Source of the DNA: Octopus bimaculoides
Lineage: Eukaryota
Assembly: GCF_001194135.2 (NCBI RefSeq)
Contig: NC_068988.1
Span: 44,088,260-44,152,259 of the forward strand
DNA length: 64,000 bases
Reading direction: 5' to 3'
Below the pieces are notes generated by a model, which was given only the letters and a program-made list of their open reading frames with translations, was not told the DNA's origin and did not search any database. A program made the translations under genes and the position numbers. Each line of letters opens with the position of its first letter. The stretch's first letter is position 1. Of the stretch, positions 37,672 to 49,976 are shown one piece after another.

Positions 37672-37683
37672 CAGTGACATAAT
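37672..37683 (-). CDS. DOCK7: Candidate 12-nt microexon (IMSL)
   Basis: tacttttatag|ATTATGTCACTG|gtaagt; phase 0->0, open frame, consensus donor. Confidence 0.4.
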
Positions 37684-40600
37684 CTATAAAAGTACTTCAA
37701 ATTTCTTTACTAATCTTCTAAGAAGCATAAGTAATTATCCAAACATTGCATGAATGACACCAACAGAGACTCTTCAAGACACAAAACAACTATAGAATGA
37801 TTTGAGGCCCATAACTTTTCTAAAACACTATTTAAACACTATTAAGGAGTTGAGATGGAGGGTGAGGAAAAGACCTTAAAAGAAAAACCCAAACAAATGA
37901 AAAACACCTTAAAATTTACATTCTGGCAGATAAAAATGGTGCATGCCTAGAAAACATCAATATCCAGGACATCATACCTTAGAACAGTTTTGAGAGATTG
38001 AAGAACTCGAAATGTCAATACTGCAGAAAATACTGCTAATAATTTTGCACCTAATCACAAGGTCATTTATGGTAAGAAAGAGGGGTGTGATTGACTTTTA
38101 ATTGCAGTATATCACTGGTACGTTTTTTAACCTTTTAGGCAGGAGAGGAAGCAGTGCCCATGGATCTAACAGAGCCTCTAAGACCAGTAAGAGAAAAGAT
38201 ACTCAGTCAGGAGACATGGTCCAAATGCTTGTAACAGAGTGGATTCCGCTAAAGGCACCAAAGACAACATGTGATGGTTTTAAACTGGGAAGATGGAATA
38301 AGACTACCACCCAGATGGGGTAAAGTGAGATTTGAGCTCAGAAAGCCATGAGCCAGAAGAAATACTGAGAAGCATCAAGTTTGACACTTTTCAAGTTCTG
38401 CTAATCCACTACTCTGGATTGGTCTTTTTTTAACCTTGAAAGGATGAAAGACAAAGTTGACCTCAGTGGGATTTGAACTCAGGATATAGAAAGTTGGAAC
38501 AAATACAGGAAGATATTCTGTCCAATGCTCTAATAACTCTGCTAATTCATGTTTATTGAGCCCAATTGATAAAAGTTAAATTTCATGACAGGATATTTAA
38601 ATTTGGAACCAAGTGGGACAGGACAGAATATTGCAATGTATTTAGTCAAGCACTTGGTGAAATATCAAAATATTAGTACCAGTGATATACTTGGAGTTTT
38701 GTTTCAATCAGCTTACACTGCCCTAATAAATATTTGTCTTAGACAAAAACAAATGAAAAAGTCTAGATTCTAACAGAAGAGTGAAGAAAACTTGTTTGTG
38801 GGTACTTAAATGAAAATCCTTGCCTGCAGTAGAGAAAATCTATAAAATATTGGTATCTCATCAGATATTAAAAGAGTGAGAGGAATCTCAAACAAAAAAC
38901 CGAAAGCAAAATGAGAACAAGAGAAAGAAAGATGCATGAGTGGGGTGTGAGAAAAAACTAGAGAAGATACAAATAATTACTCAATGGAAAATAAATGAGA
39001 AAAGGGTTTCCAATAATTTAACAACACTTTCAGTAGACAAAAAACACAATAAGCCAACTTTTGCTTAACAACAAACTGACTGAATGAATGACTTTGCCAC
39101 AATATTTCTTCTAACAGTGAAAGCAACATAGAGAAAAACACAGCCGATATTTTGACAGTACACAGACATACTGATAAACAGCAGAGGTGATAGAGAGTCA
39201 GAAGGATTTAATATTTGAATTTTTTTAATTGAAAATCAAAAGTATTGGGAAAAGTAAATTAAGCAAAAGTAACCAAAATTAAACAAAACAGCAAAGCAAT
39301 CTATATTTGGAAATCATAAAATTAAAAAAAAAAATAATAATTAAAAAAAAAACACAACAAAACAAGTCAAATGTGTAAATGTAAAGATGAAAATGAGGTT
39401 AGTGATGTAAAATAACGTCAAAGGTGTAAAATGAGTCAGTTTCCTAAGTAGAAAAATACACAAAGTCTAGTTAAATTTATTGACTAGTTTGAGCCAAGAA
39501 CAAATCCTCATGAACAGTAAAATAAAACGGTTGCTGCATGGATGATAGAGGGAACAAATATATTACAAAAGGGACCAAAAGAAACCAAACTTTTTTCCTT
39601 GCTGGGAGGAATGATACCAAACTCAGTGATTCCCAGTCACAGTTGAATGGAGTGTCCCACAGTACAAGATATCTGAAAAATATCACAAACACCATATATT
39701 TGCATGTGTATGCATGCCTCTGTGTGTGTGTTAACTTTCTGGAACCCAAGGTTCCATGCTGATGGAAATCAGCATGTATTCAACCATATTCCAATAGAAA
39801 GTATTACTCAATAGGTTTTGCAGTACTGACTATTTGTTCTTTTCATCTCTATAGCTCAAACCTGAAGTAGTTTTGAATATTAAATTTGTACTTAAAGACT
39901 GCTCAATATAGTTAATCCTGTAAGGACTAAAAGAGAATGAAATACAAAACATATCATGGTATCAAGTCTTACACTTCACTGCCTCAGTTAAAATCTTACT
40001 GAGAGTGATCCTGCCTTGAGAGTACCATTTCAATTAAACATATCCCTTCTAAAAGTTAACTTCATGTTTAATTAAGCAAAAAAGGGCAGTAAAGCAAGGG
40101 TAAAGTTTACCACAAGCTAAGACCATGATATGTTTAATTCTTATTGAGGCAATTCCACTTAACTGCTTTATTTAATGCTATTGGGAAAGGTATGAATGAA
40201 ATAATTTGCATTATACTCCCTTTAAAATATAGGGCTCTTCTATCCTATCAAAGAAATATTAGAATTCTGTATGAAGTTAAATTTTTCTAATATAAACTGA
40301 AAGACCATTCTACACCTTGGAGAACTACTAATGATGTAGTATAAAATGAAAAAATGAAAGAAAGAAAATAAAAGAAAGAAAATAAAAGAAAGAAAAACTA
40401 CCAAGAAATTTATGTGTCCTGTATTACATACGGATACACATAAAGTAAAAACGCATACACACACAAAGAAACACAAACACACACAGAAGTATACTTAAGT
40501 TAATTCATTCTTTATAAAAATATATTAGAAGATATTTCAATAAGATGCTGTGGGACCAAGAACTGTCATAAAGTGTAACATTTAATCTTCAGTGATTCCA

Positions 40601-43600
40601 ATCGGTGAATCGTAATATCTGCTTCAGGTTAAAGAGTGTTTCTAAAATGTGAGTTACAAAGATCAAGAGACACTGAGGATTGCAGGAGGTGAATAGCTGA
40701 GAGGGAAGAAGGTATAGCTAGAATTGAAATAAAAATGCTTCATATGGGAGCAATATAAATTTTAAAAGGTGAGGGCTAACGTAGAGGATTGCTTAAACAG
40801 ATCATTTCTTTCTTCATTAAGTGTATTCTTCAGAACTTGTATAATCTACGTGAGTGGATATCAACAATTTTTTACTTCTAAAATGCATGGGTTATAGCAA
40901 ACAGGAATTTTAGAAACACAGGTCTTTTTTTTTGGGGGGGGGGTGTATCAGGAAGGTCTTTAACACAGCTAACTCTGCTATTGATATGAAATGTGCCACT
41001 TTCTATAACAGTTCTTGTCCCATCTAGAACATTTTACTGAAAGAAAAATTCCCCAATTACTAAAAACAAAGCTTAATAACATGTGAGAGAAAAATTCATA
41101 AGAAATTAAGAAAATAATGCAGAAGAATTAGTTAACTTAATTTCAAGATTTAAAGAAAGAAGAGAAAATGGTTGAATCCAAATCAAACAAATGTTAAACT
41201 TTCTCTACACAAACACACATTTATCATTAATAGCTAAATTGAAATTAAAAAGACTTTAAGATCAGCAAAGAATGTTTATGACAGATCAATGCTCTGGCTA
41301 TCAGTAGGTATTACTAAGTTCATAGATTGATTAAATGATTACAATTAAAGAAGAAAAAGAAAAAGAAGAAGAGCAACACAAACTAGACTAAGTTGAAGCC
41401 ACAATTTCAAATACATGCAATGTAAGGCTACAGTTGTTTCAATAGTTACAAAAATATAAATAGATAAATCTCTGAAAATGAAATTCTCAGGTTAATCAAA
41501 TATATTAGCAGACATAATTAGATCAAATTAACATTTAATATTCATAATAGATATATATTGATAGATGGATGGGAGAATATACACTTCTACATTGCTATGT
41601 ATATATGTTTTTGAAAACGAGTTTTACTTTTTAAGTTACAAATTAAAATAATTTCAGTTTAGAAATTTGTGTCATCACCATATAAGCTTCTCAGAGCATC
41701 AAATCCATAACTTTACTTAAATTCCAGATTGGTATTGGGATGTTGTTTTAAGTGCCCAGGATATCAATGAATTCAGAAAGGGAGCCAGGAGAGAGTAGGG
41801 CCTTTGAAATTTGGCCTACTATTATTCAATTACTTGAAGACAAAAGTTTTCATTGGTATTTCAATAATTTGCATTAGAGAAAAAAATTTTCCTTTTAGCT
41901 GAAAGGTCAGAACCAAAACAATATGAAACACTAGTTTCAATAAATTCTATTATAATTCAACTGGACTCACATACTCACAAATCATGAGTTCAAATCCACA
42001 TCTGGTGGTTTGGTATTTCTGCATAGACAGAAAATATGGGAAAGCCTGATAAAGGTCTGCACTGTGATCACAATGGCCACTCTTGTCACACAAAGTTACA
42101 CTGAATCTGCTTGAGGATTTCATTAAGGATACATGTGCCTAACTTACAAGACTAGAATATATGTGCATAACTTATGAGGCTAGAATACAGCCAGTCTGTA
42201 GAATTGATAAAAGAACATCACTTGTATTTGAAAAGATTAGTGGTGGTCAGTATGTTATCAATCTAAAGTTCAGAAAATGTTCTTTATGGGGAGAAAATGT
42301 AAAATTTTCTTTTCTTCTTCCTCACAAGTCACCAGCAGACTTCACTTTACACATACTCTTCAATGATGTAAGCCACCACTTGTGTCTTCAATTCTAGTAA
42401 CTTATTTTAATGCTGTAAAGTACTAATTTATCAGTAAAACATAACTACTTCCTTCTCTTTATGGTGTACCAAATTCATTTTTAAGAAACAAGCTAACATG
42501 ATGCTATATGAAGCAACACATTCCTCTAATCACTTGTGGGTAGACATGCTGTCTCAATACATTGCATCATCTAATCCTTCTGCAGTAACCTCAACTTCTC
42601 AGAGATAGCTGGTCTGTTGCTACCTTCACTCAGACTCATCCAGCAAACTGAGCTCTCTTATATTATGTCCAATGTCCCAGGCCCTGCATTAACTACCACA
42701 ACCAATCTTTCCTTCCCAAAATGTCAGCCCTCTGGAATATCCTCATGGCCCATGGTTCTCCTGTAGTCACTAAATTTCAGTCGTTCAAAAGGAACATTAA
42801 CTGCACAGGCCTCACCAATCTGTGGAGGATTGTAAAAGCCATTGTCATAACCCCTTGTTTCAGATCAAACTATGAAAAAAACAAAAAACAAAAAAAAAAA
42901 ACAACACAGCAATGTAGAAGGTACTTAAACTTTCAAGTAACATGTGCCACAATAGAACTTAAGTTATAATATAGAATATATTAATCATCCATAACTTGAA
43001 CAGAATTCTAAAGGAAAACTAAAACATTCATGTGTATACTATAAGTAACTAAAAAAGAATTTCAATATTTAAGATGACTGTGAATATAGTAAGATTAACT
43101 AACAATAGTGGAAATCTAAACTAAGATAAGATCATTCATGTGTACAATAGAAAGTAATAGAGAAAAGAATGACTAATTACTAATAAATACAGAAACACAA
43201 ACGGGTTAACAAACAGTTGTATTCAAAACCTTGACTGGAAATATTTCTTCAACTAATCTGACTTCTCTGAGAGAAAAAGTTTCTGGTTTTGTAAGATTTA
43301 AGTCCACAGGATTATTGCATGTATTGGATATTTTAGTGAAGATAGTGGGGGGGGGGGGGGGGGGCTTTTGAATAAATCTTTAACCAAAGACATATATACA
43401 TAATAAGCAAAACTATATTCAGGACTGAATACAGATAACCATAACAACTGGTTAACAAATGGCTCACAGCTGTTTATCAGGACTGGATTAGAAATAATCT
43501 GAAATGGACTGTTGTTATTATTGTTATTGTTTATCCTTGAACAGTCCTGATTGAGATGACTAATGGTTGAGAATGATCTGGGAGTAATTACACAAATGGT

Positions 43601-44524
43601 ATTAATGGGGTTCTTTTTAATTAATTCTACTACTGCCATATGATTGTGTGTGTGAATGTGTGTATCCTTGTCTCTCTCTTGATACTGCATGATAATTGTA
43701 AATGAGAGTCACTGTCATCCAAGCAGAGTTGCAGTATGATTCATTTCCAATATTCTACAAATTTAGTATATTGATAATACCCAGAAATTTATGATTTGTA
43801 GTACCAACTAATATCACAGGTATTAATATAAACTCTAACCCACTTATTGTGTGAACTTTTGTCTAAAGTCCTCAACAGAAAACGTATCACATGTTTATAT
43901 GAATATATCTATGTTTGTGTATAATCATTATAATTATATAAAAAGGATAATACGAGCTGCTGCAATAATAATACCTTCTTAACACATGTAATACGTATGT
44001 ACCTATGGGTATGTTTGTACGTATATATATATATATATATAAGACAGGCTTCTTTCAGTTTCCATCAACCAAATCCACTCACAAAGCTTTGCTCAGCCAG
44101 AGACTATAATGGAAGACACTTGCCTAAGGTGCCATGCATTGGGACTGAATCACACACACCTTGTAGCTATTCCATCAACCGGATTCATTATTCTAGCTAT
44201 TATAAGTATCAGAAAAAGAAAAGTTTACAGAAAAGATTTCCAGTCAAGAAGTTATCTAATATTAAAAATAAATTAAGACGAAACGAGATTGGAAAAAAAA
44301 AAAATTAACAAAAATAATTAATGTACTTAATGCAAAATCTTTAAAATCTAATTGCACAGTAAGAAACTAAATTACAGATAACTACTTTCAACAATTTGCT
44401 AATTATTATTCACAAAATGCAGACTACTTAGAATAAAAAGTTACTTGAAGATAAATTTGAAACTAATAATAAGAAGAAGAGTAAAAATAATATGCAAAAC
44501 AACTAAAGAGAAAAAAAAATTTAC

Positions 44525-44701
44525 CTTGTATTCAAAATTAGAAACCACAAAATAAATAATCTCCACAATACGACTAAGGCGTGTAAGTGGTAGCTCTGAC
44601 CACCAGCTTTTCAAAACAGCATAATCTGCATTTTTAAGTACCCACACAAAACAGATCAGGAGGTTGTGAGTGGCATCAGCATTCAGCATACATTTTCTGG
44701 T
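44525..44701 (-). CDS. DOCK7: DOCK7-like exon: TRKCMLNADATHNLLICFVWVLKNADYAVLKSWWSELPLTRLSRIVEIIYFVVSNFEYK
   Basis: Matches [21 protein letters not shown]...CVSCFEYK; acceptor aatttcag, donor gtaaat; 177 nt, phase 0->0. Confidence 0.96.
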
Positions 44702-44904
44702 CTGAAATTTAGACAGGATTCAAAAGAGAAACAGTGAGGAAATTGTAAAGAGATATTGTCTGAGAAGTTATAGATAAGTATATATCTGTGGTAGACTTTT
44801 AGATTTGAAGAAACAATAAATAGACTGTCCCTTAAAACCCAAGTAGTCTTTGATGATAATGATGGAATGATAATGATGGAATGATAATGATCATTAACAC
44901 TGAT

Positions 44905-46068
44905 TTCAGGTCATTAAGAATGAAATGTCCGATTTTGAACTGAAAGCTTATTTTACTTTATCTCAACAAAAAGCAATGCAGTTAATCAAAGTATGCACCT
45001 AAATTATCAACACAATTCTGCCATTTTATCAGTAGCTTATTTATGCCGGCAGCGAAGAATTCTGGAGAGCAAAGGTGACGAAATCATGAAAGGCTGTTTT
45101 TGCATCTTCTTCAGATTTGAAGTTTTTTTCCTTGCAAAGAGTTGTCTAATGCCTGGAAAACGTAATAGTCAGTTGGGGCAAGGTCTGGTGAATATGGTGG
45201 ATGACAAAGTACTTCCAAGTTCAGTTCTTGTAACTTGAGTAGCATTCTTTGTGCAACATGTGGTTGAACATTGTCTTGCAAGAGAATTTGCCTGTCTCTA
45301 TTGACCAATCTCGGTTGTTTAATTGCAAGTTCATTCATCATTTCATCCAGCTGGTTGATGTACACATCTGCTGTAATTGACTTATCAGGTCTCATGAAGC
45401 TGTAGTGGATGACACCAGTGCTGGACTACCAAACACACACCATTAGCTTTTTTGGTGAATATTCTTTTTTGGATTGTGTTTTGGTACTTCATTTCTATCC
45501 AGCTACTGTGCAGAACAATACAGTGCAAAAATAGTTCGCTTTTATGCTGTGACAGCAAAGAACAGCAAGTATCAAGACAATATGTCATTTGATGCTCATT
45601 CAGTTTGTGTGGTACCCACTTGTCCAGCTTCTTTACCTTGCCAATTTGTTGCAGATGGTCCAATACAGTTGGAATTGAAACATCAAACCTTGCTGCTAAC
45701 TCATGCATAGTTTGAGATGTATCCACTTCCACTACAGTTTCCAGCTAATCATTGGTCTCAGGTCTACCATGGGGCTGATTTTCAAGAGTAAAGTCACCAT
45801 GTTTTGAGCTGTCTGGGATATGTTGGTTCCACAATGGAACTCATATTCATAAACAACAAAAAATTTTTATCTATTCATAGGTTCACAAAAATTGATTTAT
45901 AAGAGAAAACTCACAATATAATCAGACACCATGAACTGCATTTCAAAAGTGATGATGTAACTCTTCAATGTTGTAAAACAAAGAATTGTCAGGATAAAAC
46001 ATTAGAGTTAATGACTGTCAAACTTGGTGTATAAAAAAATCGGACATTTCATTCTTAATGACCAGATA
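44905..46068 (-). mobile_element. Decayed Tc1/mariner (mariner-type) DNA transposon
   Basis: 28-bp identical inverted termini GGTCATTAAGAATGAAATGTCCGATTTT (44909-44936 / 46036-46063). Frameshifted transposase ORFs 45385-45732 (GKVKKLDKWVPHKL) and 45111-45395 (LLQDN..PH, HPPYSPDLAPTDY) carry mariner signature motifs. Confidence 0.93.
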
Positions 46069-46434
46069 CAAGGCCCCAAATTTGAAAGAGGGGTATAGTT
46101 GATTACATAAATTCTTAGCATTTTGCTAGTCCTTTGTTTTATCAACCACATAAAGTTGAAAGAAAATTTGCTCCTTCCACCTCTCATAAGATTTGAACTC
46201 AGAATGTAAAGCAATGTAATTAAGCACCATAAGCATGGTTGAGAAGTTTGTATTGTAACCATGTGGTTTCAGGTTCAGTTTCACTGCGGGACACCTCGGG
46301 TAAGTGTCTTCTATGATGATGGGTGTGGTGGTGATGGGCAGTGATCAGGATGACAGCTGTGATAGCAGTCTTAATGACAGTGGTACTAATTAGTTATGAT
46401 GATATTAATGTTGAGAATAACAACTAGCACTTAC

Positions 46435-46744
46435 TTTTACTTCAGTCTCCTGGACACTGTAATTCATATTCGACACTCTTTCACAAACACTCGAACCGGC
46501 AATCGCCATAGCAACATGTTGATTGATTCGGTCACCTTCTTCGTCTTGGTAAGAGTTACGAGAACGGCTGGTCAGGTTTGGGTCATACAGTTGAGGCAGT
46601 CCATCAATGACAATGCCAATTAAGGGCAGATAGAGGGCAGCCAGGCGAGCTTTGATTTCTGGGTTTGAATAACGAATGTCTAGGTCATGGTTGTAGAGGA
46701 GGTTACGTATGACATTGATGGCTTTGTAGTGGATTGTTGTGAAG
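46435..46744 (-). CDS. DOCK7: DOCK7-like exon: (N)FTTIHYKAINVIRNLLYNHDLDIRY...KARLAALYLPLIGI...INQHVAMAIAGSS...ETEVK
   Basis: Matches KARVAMLYLPLIGII and ISQTVAMAIAGTS; acceptor tcttgcag, donor gtaagt (an alternative in-frame donor gtaaaa would end the exon at 46441); 310 nt, phase 2->0. Confidence 0.95.
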
Positions 46745-47073
46745 CTGCAAGACATTATATTATAATAGTAAACACAAGGTAGGATAAAACATAAGGAAAT
46801 AAACCAAATATTGATTATTCAAGCATTGATGAAGTTGAATACCTCTATTTTTTGCATTTTACTTGTTTCAGTCATTAGACTGTGGCCATATTGAGGCACC
46901 ACCTTGAAGAATTTTTAGTCGAAAGAATTGACTGTAATACTTATATTCTTTTTTTGTTGAGCCTGGTACTTGTTCTGTTAGTCACTTTTTACTGAACTGC
47001 TAAATTACGGGGATGTAAACACACCAACATCTGTTGTCAAGCAGTGGTAGGGGACAAACACAAACATGCATAC

Positions 47074-47145
<72 letters not shown>

Positions 47146-47446
47146 GAAATTTATAGAAAACCAAAAGACGAAGACAGGTGTATGAACAACAAGCAGGTGT
47201 ATTAGTTTGATGCTTGGGAAAGTGAAAAAGTCTTTTACATTTTGAGCCTATGTTCTTCAACAGAAAGGAATAAGTGACAATAAACAGAGAGAGAGTAAAA
47301 AAAAAACTTGTGGATTTAGCAGTCAAGCATGGTGACTGATTAGAAAAAAAGTTTCAAAGAGGAAGTTGAAAAAAGGGGAGGGCTTCTTTCAGTTTCCGTC
47401 TACCAAATCCACTCACAAGGCTTTGGTTGGCCTGAGGCTATAATAG

Positions 47447-48015
47447 AAAATTTGTGAGTGTTTAAGAACAATGCGTTATTTTAACCAAATTTTGACAAAG
47501 CCTTTAAATCTCTAATATTTGAGCCATATCCAGCTCAAATATTCTGTTTTACATTCAGATTGACTAGATCTGGCCTCTCAAACCCACCCTATAATGTCCT
47601 TCTAAAAATAAACAATCACATCTTTGAAATCTCAAAGCATGCTTAAGGGTAAAAACAAGCCTCAAATGATCTCTAATTCAAACTGCTATCAATTCACAGA
47701 GTCCAGCAATTCTACTCTTGCAAATCTAAGCAGACTTTTTCTACACTTATAACATACAATTTCTGATTTAATGATTATACAACATTAGGAAGCAAGAAGT
47801 AATTTTTTTCACATGTTGAAATAAAATTTTGCACCTCTCACTTAAGAATCACTTATATAAAAGTTCACTGACTGCCTTGTAGTCTTTTGGAAGCAAGAAA
47901 CACAAAGCATGATGAACTGAATTCAAAACTGGTCTTCTTTTTGATATTAGATATTTAAAGGCTTTGTCAAAATTTGGTTAAAATAACGCATTGTTCTTAA
48001 ACACTCCCAAATTTT
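47447..48015. repeat. 72-bp inverted repeat pair (47447-47518 / 47944-48015, 70/72 match)
   Basis: Direct reverse-complement comparison. Confidence 0.9.
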
Positions 48016-48028
48016 AAATGATACTCAC

Positions 48029-48336
48029 TTTGTTTCTAGAGCTGTGGCTAAATCAGACAGGACCAACCCAGAAAGGAAATGCTGCTGCCGAAACTCAGTT
48101 GTGAGGTCAAAGAAAATTCCTTTATCGGTCAGAGTGTTTGTTGAGGCATAAGACATCTGTGAGTTTGTACTAGTGACGCTAGGAGATGGACTGCATGGAG
48201 CTGATGGTGTAAGCGGAGTTCCAAATGGCAGATTTAATGGGAAATAATGCTCATGGCTGCAGATGATGTGCAAAAAGTCAAGACGCAACCTCATTAGAAT
48301 AGTTGCATCAACTTGACAAGCCATTTGGCTAGAAAT
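48029..48336 (-). CDS. DOCK7: DOCK7-like exon: ISSQMACQ...[21 protein letters not shown]...FRQQHFLSGLVLSDLATALET
   Basis: Matches [21 protein letters not shown] and FRQQHYLAGLVL; acceptor tattttcag, donor gtgagt; 308 nt, phase 0->2. Confidence 0.97.
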
Positions 48337-48527
48337 CTGAAAATAAAATTCCATAAATATTAATTTGAAGTACTGAAACTTAGATACTTAGTACTTAACT
48401 TCAAACCTTAGACTAACTAAATATTACTGAATTGGAAACTTTAACTCATTGTACCCAGTTTAAGTTAACTAAATGATATGTTGTATGATGATACCATTGA
48501 TTTATTCAGATTAACAGGGTTGATATA

Positions 48528-48561
<34 letters not shown>

Positions 48562-49862
48562 CAGGCACAAAGTCTCAGAAGTAAAAACATAGGAAGATAG
48601 TGTAAAGATAAGCTGTGATGTTGATGCATCCTTCCAAATGCAACAGAAATGATTTTAACAGTGAAGCAAAACCAAAATTACCAAGAATTAATTGTTGCAC
48701 TACATGAGTTAAATTAGATTTGGTAAAGAAGATGGTCAAAATAACAGGCTGTTGTCCTCACTGCTTTAGATACTTCAATGCTCTGAGATCAAAATGCCAT
48801 CAGAATAAATAAGTACCAGTAATATATACAAGGAAAGTTGCAACTGGTTGAGTTGTTAGGATAACAACATATCAACAAATGGGTCATAACCACAGACTGA
48901 CACTCTGCTGCACTCAGAGTTAAAGCACTTCTGGTCAAGTCCATTTAACTGTTGACTGGTATTATGACAAGGTACCATTATCAAGGTACCATATCACATG
49001 TAGAGATCTATTAACTAGAGAATTGTGAATCCATATCTCCCTTTATCTGGTTCTGATCTACATTCTGACCGAGAATGTGCCTGGCTAATACAATACCAAG
49101 TCATTAGCAGTTCATACCTGCTTAACATAGTTGTTGGTGTGGCTTACACTGAACAAACCTACAATCAAAGGTATTCCAAATGTGACCATCATGACTTTTA
49201 TTATGTTCAAGGAACCTAGAAGCACATTATTCGTTGTGACCTTTCTTATGATGGTAAAATGTGAGTTGAATGTGATTTAACTGCTGTTTCTGGCAGATTG
49301 CTTTACCAGCAGCTCTTTTGTTGGTTTTATTACCAGCATGTCTTTCTGTAGTTAGACAGTTTTCAAATGGCCCAGTTCAACTGACTGACTAGTGACAACT
49401 TAATGAGTGCTTCCTTCATAAGCTTCAAATCAGCAATATCTCCTTGAGTATGTATTGAAGATGGTAGTCTTTGTTTGGCTGATTTAGCCTACACATAAAG
49501 ATAAAATTCTCAAGCAGTTTACTAACACTCCAATGTATAACAGGAGTGGCAATACAATAGAATTAATATACTGATTACATTTTATTCCCCAAAATTTACC
49601 TTGCAGCCTTTGGAAAATTGTTTTTTTTTAAATACAATGTAAAATTAATTATAATTAATGAATTTTCTATAGGCATCACAGGGAGTAATAGTAATGCTTT
49701 TTAAAGCATTTCTCCTGGAAATTCTATAGGTGTTTCAACTACAGGAACAGCAAAAGTTCCTTACAACTCAGTGGTTATTAAATTTAGAAACAAAACAAGA
49801 AAAAAACACAGCAAGAAACAACATTACATCATAGTGGTGAGAAAAATAAATAAGAGACTCAC

Positions 49863-49976
49863 CGCTCGCCAATAGTCATTGATCAAGGTGAACACCACTC
49901 CTCGATCCATCAGAGAAAGCAGATCAAACAGGAAGAATGCTAAACTTGAATTGAGTGAACGAATGAGAGATTGGTC
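49863..49976 (-). CDS. DOCK7: DOCK7-like exon: DQSLIRSLNSSLAFFLFDLLSLMDRGVVFTLINDYWRA
   Basis: Matches [22 protein letters not shown]; acceptor cattttcag, donor gtgagt; 114 nt. Confidence 0.96.

Noticed and set aside
38102-38323. Plus-strand ORF with VTEWIP
   Set aside because: Better explained as a decayed RTE fragment; similar decayed stretch at about 42520-42720.
39590-39672. Exon-like stretch YLVLWDTPFNCDWESLSLVSFLPARKK
   Set aside because: Stop in phase 0; open only in phase 2 with no convincing partner exon.
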